Part shown: positions 41,792-64,000 of the stretch, piece after piece
Layout of the letters: the number at the start of each line of letters is the position of its first letter
Position numbering within the stretch: position 1 is the first letter of the stretch
Source: Phoronis australis
Taxonomy: Eukaryota > Animalia > Phoronida
NCBI GenBank assembly: GCA_002633005.1
Contig: NMRA01000008.1
Coordinates: 688,985 to 752,984 of the forward strand
Length of the DNA: 64,000 nucleotides
Reading direction: 5' to 3'
Position numbers and translations under genes: made by a program
The notes under the pieces: model-generated
Databases searched by the model: none
Seen by the model: the letters and a program-made list of their open reading frames with translations, nothing else
Told to the model about the DNA's origin: nothing

Positions 41792-44704
41792 TCACTTTTT
41801 TAAATCCCCCTGTCCTACATAAGCGTACTCTCCCCCATCAGCGGTCTTGGCTGGTTCAGGCTCATCGTACAAATCTCCTTTTCCCATGTCTGCATCCCCA
41901 ACATGGGCGTATGTATCCAGATCTCCTTCTGACTTCTGCAATGTATGTCTCTCCTTGAAGTTCAGTTTATCGTAGAATTCTTCGTCATCATTTGGAGTGC
42001 ATTTCTTTACCTTGTCGGCAATCTGGTCCATGTCATTCCTGAGCACCATTCCACTGAACCTGTCAGATGCCTTTTGTTGCTTTTGCATGTTGCCATAATT
42101 TTCCTCCAGTGGGACTCGAGACAAGCCCTGGCTTCTCCACGCCGTGTCCTCTTGCTCTTTGCTGGCTTGTGAGTATATCTCCCCGTAGCTATCCTCCTCA
42201 CCTGGCACTGCATATAATGCTGTTGACGTCTTGTCAGCCTTTGGCTGTGGCTTCAAAATTCCTTTTGTCGGCTTTTGAGGCACAGGTGGGTGAAACTTGG
42301 TTGCTGGTTGTTTAACGTCTGTTTCAGCTTTTGAGCTCTTTGTGGGTTGAGTAACATTTTCGTAACTCTGAAATTTACGAGGAGGAGCAACTGGTGATTT
42401 TCTTTCCACCGAGACAGGTGGCTCCCTCTCAGGAACTGTTGACACATTCCTCGGATGTAAATTCGAGCTTTGGTCTCCTGTTGTGCGGCGTTTTACGACA
42501 TTGATTCTACTGTTTATTGAAGCTTGAATTTCATTGCCCTGCAGGGTCTTAAGAATGAAGATGCCTTCCCCCGACAAACACTTACGACCAGCCTCGAATG
42601 TAAAGCTCGTTTTAGATTTGCCATACCTTCGTATGTAACGGAACGGAAAGACGTAAAGCACATTCAAATTATCCCTCTTTTCAGCTAAGGAAATGTTCAT
42701 TGTGTTGACACTAAGTAAATACTCTCCACGTAGATTGCAACGTACTGCCGACTCGTTTTCACTGACTTCAACAACATAAATGTCAGCTGAAAAAAAAACA
42801 TTGCATGCGCTTGATTAGTGACAAATGAAATCATGTCTATGAGTGGCATGAAGGTTTTAATATTGACAAGAAAGCCGCAATACAAATGAATACGCATCTC
42901 AAGTCAGAAGAACAGGATATCATCACTGTTTCTGATGTATGCCGACCAATAACAGTCACAAGTAGTGTTTAATCCGGGGACCAACATCTCATTCACTCGC
43001 AGTATAACTGAAAAGCAATTTTTAATTTCTGATATTTTTAAAAAAGATTATATACTAAATTCATGAATTCAACCTAAATAAGAGCAAACTTTAAAAAAAG
43101 ACAAAATCCATCATGGATTGTTAATTAACTAGAGATAAACGGCTTACACTTTTCAGCAGGTTCATACAATAGGTTCTCATCAAATGTAACATCATCTATC
43201 GAGTCTTGGCTATCGGATTTCATCATGGTTGCTGAGGTCATCGCTGCTGATTGGGCGATCGACTCACGCATACTCTCGATGACTTTAACCCAGTTGTGGC
43301 AATCAAACTCGCTTTCTGTTGAGAACAAAAAACTCTTGTCTTTTGCAACTATGTGAAAAGTGTTCTCTCGATTCTTGACTTGCTTGCGTTCCACGACATC
43401 AATATCTGCCAGATGAAGAGTCAGTGATGGAGGATGTTTTTCATTTGACTCGCTTTTGTAGATATCCAGTTTGGTTATTTTATCTTCACCTGTGTGAAAT
43501 ACACACCATTGCTTGTGCCACTTGACCTACGGCAAAAGTTTGCATTATAAAAATTATACAGAATTGGTTAAACGCACGACACTTTTCATTGTTCACAATC
43601 TTTATTCCGTTACGTTGGTACCTTCGGAACAAAACTCTACTCGCAACTCAACATAGAAAAAGTAACTGACCTAGCAACATAATTAAAAGACACACGATAT
43701 TTCGAAACATACTTCTTTCATTCTCAAGTGAAGATAAAATGACGCAGTAATGCCACCACAGAGCATAAGCTGATGACACACACAGTGGGACACGGTGGGT
43801 GTAAAAGTTAGAATAACTTGGCGGCAGTTTTTCCTGTACACAAAATACTTTGAACACTCAAACATGTTCACGATTAATAACTTTCAATGGTATAATTAGC
43901 TCAATCTCTCTGAATGTTTGAATGAACGCAAAGAAACAGAGAGGTTGAGCAGAAATTGTTGAAAATTAATAACCGTGAACACAGTTGTGTTTTCAGCAAA
44001 TAATTTAAAAACTTGCTAAATAAAACACAATTACACAGAGAAAGTATGTGAAAAATGTCAAAACACTGCTAGTGAACTTAATTGTATTTTCGGTTTGCAG
44101 AAAGCGCTGAAGATTAGAGCAAGAATATAGTACCACCCAAGGGCCCTCAATGCCTTGGTTTTGGGGCTAAATATCGACCCCATTCCCCCATGGATTACAC
44201 AAAATTCCACTCATCAGGCCCCAAAATTCCCCTCCAAAGATTAAAAAAAAAAAACTCCTTCAGGTTAATATCACCTCTGCACAAAGCTAGTTTTGGCTAA
44301 CCTGAGGGTCTGACTGAGGAATTGCACCGATGAGAGTTGGTGATGTACCAGGGATGGAACTGGTGACCCTAATCTCAGANAGCATGACGCGCCACACAAG
44401 AGAATACCATGGCGCGTTCACAACAATCCGTAGCCTGCTCGGGAGGAGATAAGACCCAAAGTCAAAAGACCAAAAATCTTTTAGTGATAAACACTGTTCG
44501 AATAACAGGTCCCTACCATGGCTGTGCCTGTGGTAATGGAATCGTGTTGGGTCTGGTGCTCTGTCTCTGACAGTTGGGCAGCGAATTGTGCATAAGTTCT
44601 CACGTGATAGCGCATTAAAGAACTGCTACAGTCGTGATAATTCTCACCTTGAGAGTTCCTTTGAAGTAATGATAAACGTATCCTCTCTTAATAACCTGAG
44701 CCAT
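41792..44704 (-). CDS. DOK: Docking protein, DOK1/2/3-like adaptor (PH domain + IRS-type PTB domain + Tyr/Pro-rich tail), 3 coding exons, ~476 aa
   Basis: Exons: 44704-44648 (MAQVIKRGYVYHYFKGTLK|gtgaga), 43526-43148 (PH domain: VKWHKQWCVF...FLFSTESEFDCHNWVKVI; linker ENLLYEP) and 42786-41792 (PTB domain: RCNLRGEYLL...FPFRYIRRYGKSKTSFTFEAGRKCLSGEGIF). Phases are 0 and 1; total 1431 nt. The tail has YxxP motifs (YAVP, YDEP) and PxxP motifs. Confidence 0.9.
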
Positions 44705-45087
44705 TGAATTTGATCTTATATAACAGCTAGGCCTACTACTATAATTGGCAATGGCAGGCTGAACAAGACACGGAACAAGGAAGTGCCTTTCTTTATAATC
44801 TCAAACCCTCATCAAAAACCCGTTTTCCAAATATAAGCTGTAACAGTTCAAAATAAGTTATGTAAAAGAGAAAAAGTTGAAATACTAATTGATTATTTTA
44901 CTTTTGTAATGAAATATACGCCTTCTGTAATTATCCTTCGTATTTGCAACGAGATGGTGAAAGTCAGCGCTCCTCGTGTCAACTGAAAATCTTAATTTTA
45001 CGTCGTGTTCACGGTTTTCCTTTACGCCGTCCTAGCAAGTTAGAATTTGCATGTGTTATCAGAGCAGATTCTCTACAAAGTCTGGCG
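44705..45087. promoter_or_regulatory. Probable bidirectional promoter between divergent DOK-like and DDX41 genes
   Basis: Only 383 bp separate the two predicted divergent start codons. An ETS-like AGGAAGT lies near 44778. Promoter function is inferred from the geometry. Confidence 0.55.
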
Positions 45088-60677
<15,590 letters not shown>

Positions 60678-61161
60678 TGCATCAGTGACTTGTATGGTTG
60701 GCTGTGGATTATACGACCTGGGAATACTGTGTGTAGGAGGGCAATCAGCTGTGTGCAGCAGTGTTGTTTTGGCAAGCATTGTTAATGGAGAGTGAATGGT
60801 GTCAGAGCACGAGACGTGAAGAATACCGCGTAGCGATACTTGGCAAACAGCAGTTCATACGATGAGAATGTTGTGGCTTGCATTGTTGACTATCATGTAA
60901 AGTTAATGGTCTCGGAACATGAGGCACAATATGCTCTTAGTGAGCGGCATTACTGACTGTGATGCATCAGAGATTTGTATAGCTTGGTTGCAGCCAAAAT
61001 TACACTTTCTTACTGTATTGACTTATTTATTTGGAAGGTTACCTTGTCTCATAGGTGTTGCTTCAGCAATTCCCATTTACTATGAACTAAGACCCAGCGC
61101 AGTGTATGCCGGCTGTGAGAGTATAAATGTGTTGCTGTTACTCAGTAGACATCAGCATGTA

Positions 61162-61171
61162 ATTAAAATAA
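61162..61171 (+). terminator. Putative DDX41 polyadenylation signal
   Basis: Overlapping ATTAAA/AATAAA about 490 nt after the DDX41 stop, with GT-rich sequence downstream. Confidence 0.5.
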
Positions 61172-62299
61172 AAGAGAATTGTTGAGAGAAATTCGTGTCC
61201 TTATTGGTAGGGACAGCCTCCATTGCTAAGTTACTTGACTTCTTTTCTATGACTGACCATGAGCCAGAATAGATCCTAGCAACCTAGTCTTTCTCTGGTA
61301 GTAGTCTATGGTTTGTATTGTTGGCAGTGAAGACTGGGTGGTCTTGTAACATTTAGTGTGAAGGAGTTCTTAGCATACAGCAGCGCACTCTGGTGGTAAA
61401 TTGGTGGATTTTATTGTTCGCAGTGGAGAGTGTATGGTCATGGAACATTAGGACCAAGGAGTTCTTGGCAAGGCTGGTGGTTTTATTGTTGGCAGCGGAG
61501 AGTTTCTTCGGGGGTTGGAATTTTCCTCTTTTTTTCGTCTCTTCTTATCATTTTTTTACTTTATTTCTGCAAAAACATTTATTTCACCTAAATTTTACAA
61601 CTCAAAAAATATTTCTGTCACTCTAGCCTATTTTCTTGTGGAACAATACATCACCTGGAAAATTTTCCTCTGTTTTGGTCATTGGTCATTTCAAGCCCTA
61701 TTTCATACTAGATGCAATAAGTTCTGGGTATACAGCATCACTGTGATGTTCTCTCAGTGTATTCACATTCAATGGCCATTATTTGTAAACCTGAATGCCA
61801 GAAAAAGTTTAAGATACAGAACAAGTGGACAAAAGAATTCAGACAAAAGATTTATCGTGTATGTAGTTATCATCACCTATGCAGGGACATGGCGCACACC
61901 CCACGTCAACACAGTCCAAACGACGGGCGCGGGTTGTGAAATTTGTCAAAATCAGGCTTTGCCATTTTGTCTTTTACACGTCATTGTAATTACACGACAC
62001 CTGTTGCACAGTATTGTGAGCCGACCCTGTTATAGTTACCAAAACGATATCGGGTCGGGGAAACCGCGGCGAGGCCACCAACCACGCGGCGGGTAAAAAG
62101 ATAATCCAAAGACCCGACCTACCTCTGTCACTCCGAGTCTCCTGACAGACACACCGAAAACTGGATCATTTGACCTGCAGTCGGCCCGGGGCTCACGGCC
62201 GTCGCATTGCGCTGAACCACATTCAATGGCCGCGCCGCACTCCGGTTTCCACACTCATAGTTGGCTGCCGGAGCTCCGTCATCGGTGGTGGATTTAGTA

Positions 62300-63020
62300 A
62301 CTAAGTAAGCAAGCAAGTAAAATGTTTATTTTACTTAATGTTTATTTTACTTCGGTATAAAATAGTTTAATAGCAAAACAATAGCACAAGTGCTCAATAG
62401 TGATCGATATAAAATGAGAAATCAACTTGTACTGAAAAGAGGTAGTCTAAGAGCTATGCAAATAAACTATACAAAGTTTAACATACTATGATGACTTATC
62501 AAGCATCAAACAGCATACTTTGACAGCGCAGGTATTGTTGGCATTCACAAGCTTAGGACATTAATTATGCCTACAGCATCTAAACATCATGCGGAGTGAA
62601 GTTTGATTTGGGCAGTTGATGGTCTACGACGACTGATCATAAAACAAATTTTAAGGGCCAGCGATATTGAATCTTGGGCTTTCGATAGGAACATAATCAA
62701 TTTCACTGATAAAACCGTCTCCGGCAGTGAACGCTCCACAGGCATTTGTGACAGGTTTCGACACCAGTAAAGCACGGGAAAGGTAGTCGAATGCTTTTAG
62801 TGACAATTCAAATTAGAATTAAAAAACCGATCTATGAGCCTTAAGAAAACATCTTCACAACTAAAACCTTTTCTAACTGAGGAGGCACGGCAGAGGTTTT
62901 CAGTAAAAATTTCGTACACATGTAGTTGTTTACACATAAGTCTTTCAAAAGCTTGATTTACAGTGGATAAAACACTGGCACGCGTGTAACATGCCATGTC
63001 CAACTTTCACCTTTTTGAAA
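62300..63020 (-). mobile_element. Decayed, truncated LINE (CR1/L2-like) reverse transcriptase relic
   Basis: Minus-strand fragments ..SVLSTVNQAFERLMCKQL..RKGFSCEDVFLRLID and KAFDYLSRALLVSK resemble RT domains 1-3 (YRPISLL..KIFE, GFRKG.S, SKAFD). Frameshifts and stops are present. An AATAAA plus short-repeat tail lies near 62300-62350. Confidence 0.65.
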
Positions 63021-63413
63021 ACAGAGTGGCTGAGCCGCTGATGTGCGGTCACGGGCATGGATCGACTGCATGCTTTGGTGGTTGACAAGAGTTGAGGTGC
63101 CTTTAGTTTACGAACTTCCCAACTCTTCTAGGTAGCGCTGCGGCGATCTCTGAACTGGTTTCCTGCACGCCACTGCCCCGCCGATCATTCAAGAACCAGT
63201 CTAACAACATTTGGGCAGCCATATTGTCAAAGATGTCACGCTACTCAAGGCCTCCTAATACTTCTCTTTATGTGCGCAACGTCGCCCCAGGAACTAGGTA
63301 GTTGCTGTTATCTGTGACATAGAATTGATCAGTTCTTGTAAATTACTTACCTAGGACGTTATGATTAAACGTTTTGGTTTATGAAACCGCCCGTGAGTGA
63401 GAGCTAGTTCTCG

Positions 63414-63551
63414 CCACAGGCGTCCTCAGGCTCAGCTTCTGATCGTCCCCAATACACTATATAATACTACAAGGTATGACACTCCGAGTGTCATACCTTT
63501 AGTATTATATGTAGTGTATTGGGGACGATCAGAAGCTGAGGACGCATGTGG
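63414..63551. repeat. Near-perfect ~140-bp palindrome (foldback)
   Basis: CTCAGCTTCTGATCGTCCCCAATACACTA...GGTATGACACTC-C-GAGTGTCATACC...TAGTGTATTGGGGACGATCAGAAGCTGAG, centred at 63485. Confidence 0.9.
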
Positions 63552-64000
63552 TTCTCACATGAGCCATGACTGACGACGACGTACAAAATTTGAGTTCCCA
63601 TTTCTGAATTGCATGTATAGATATATCCAAATTTTACTCAAAAAGAGTCCGTGGACATGTGGATTTTTCTACCCAGGCAAGCACAATCACTGAATCTTAG
63701 CTACCCTGGTTCTCAAAAGGATTGCCAAATTGTCTTTGCTGTCAGTGACATAAACATTTTGAAACATTTGCCAAAGAGCCCAAACTCCCACAGACAGCTT
63801 AAGGCTAAGTTGCTTTAATGCCACTCTTAGGACAGTCTTGGGTTATTCGAAATTTTACACCACCCCGGTCTATGCTGGTCATTAAACTTATATGGACAAT
63901 TAGAGCTTACTGAGGTGCATGCTAAATCTGGGAGTCAACTGACACTCAACTCCCCCGTTAATCCATTAAAGTGAAAAACATTTTAAAAAATGTCATTTGG

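Noticed and set aside
61515-62096. 193-aa ORF downstream of DDX41
   Set aside because: It has a non-ATG start, a hydrophobic composition driven by T-rich sequence, and no recognisable domain.
62033-62303. GC-rich segment with weak terminal inverted similarity (TAGTTAC...GTAACTA)
   Set aside because: The TIR is short and mismatched, and there is no second copy in the window. I cannot distinguish a MITE from a promoter-like island.

Overview
This is eukaryotic (invertebrate animal-like), AT-rich, intron-containing DNA from a draft assembly, with an 800-N gap at 17762-18561 and single-N contig joins at 3049, 28550, 39544 and 44380. I could assemble four complete spliced genes by hand, all with consistent GT-AG boundaries and phases: an Nkx6 homeobox gene (+, 3 exons, 6289-23642), an EFCAB9-like EF-hand gene (-, 5 exons, 38339-30368), a DOK1/2/3-like PH-PTB adaptor (-, 3 exons, 44704-41792) and DDX41/abstrakt (+, 14 exons, 45088-60677). 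Introns and intergenic DNA carry many MITEs, a tRNA-derived SINE, LINE relics and mini/microsatellites. The most notable observations are: (1) the EFCAB9-like protein ends in a polybasic + CaaX (CNIL) tail on its own terminal exon, a possible prenyl anchor for this CatSper-associated Ca2+ sensor; (2) a 42-bp in-frame minisatellite multiplies a DDX41 5' splice site; (3) DOK and DDX41 are adjacent, as human DOK3-DDX41 are, within an NK-paralogon-type neighbourhood. Family assignments and synteny rest on recalled knowledge; no database searches were run.
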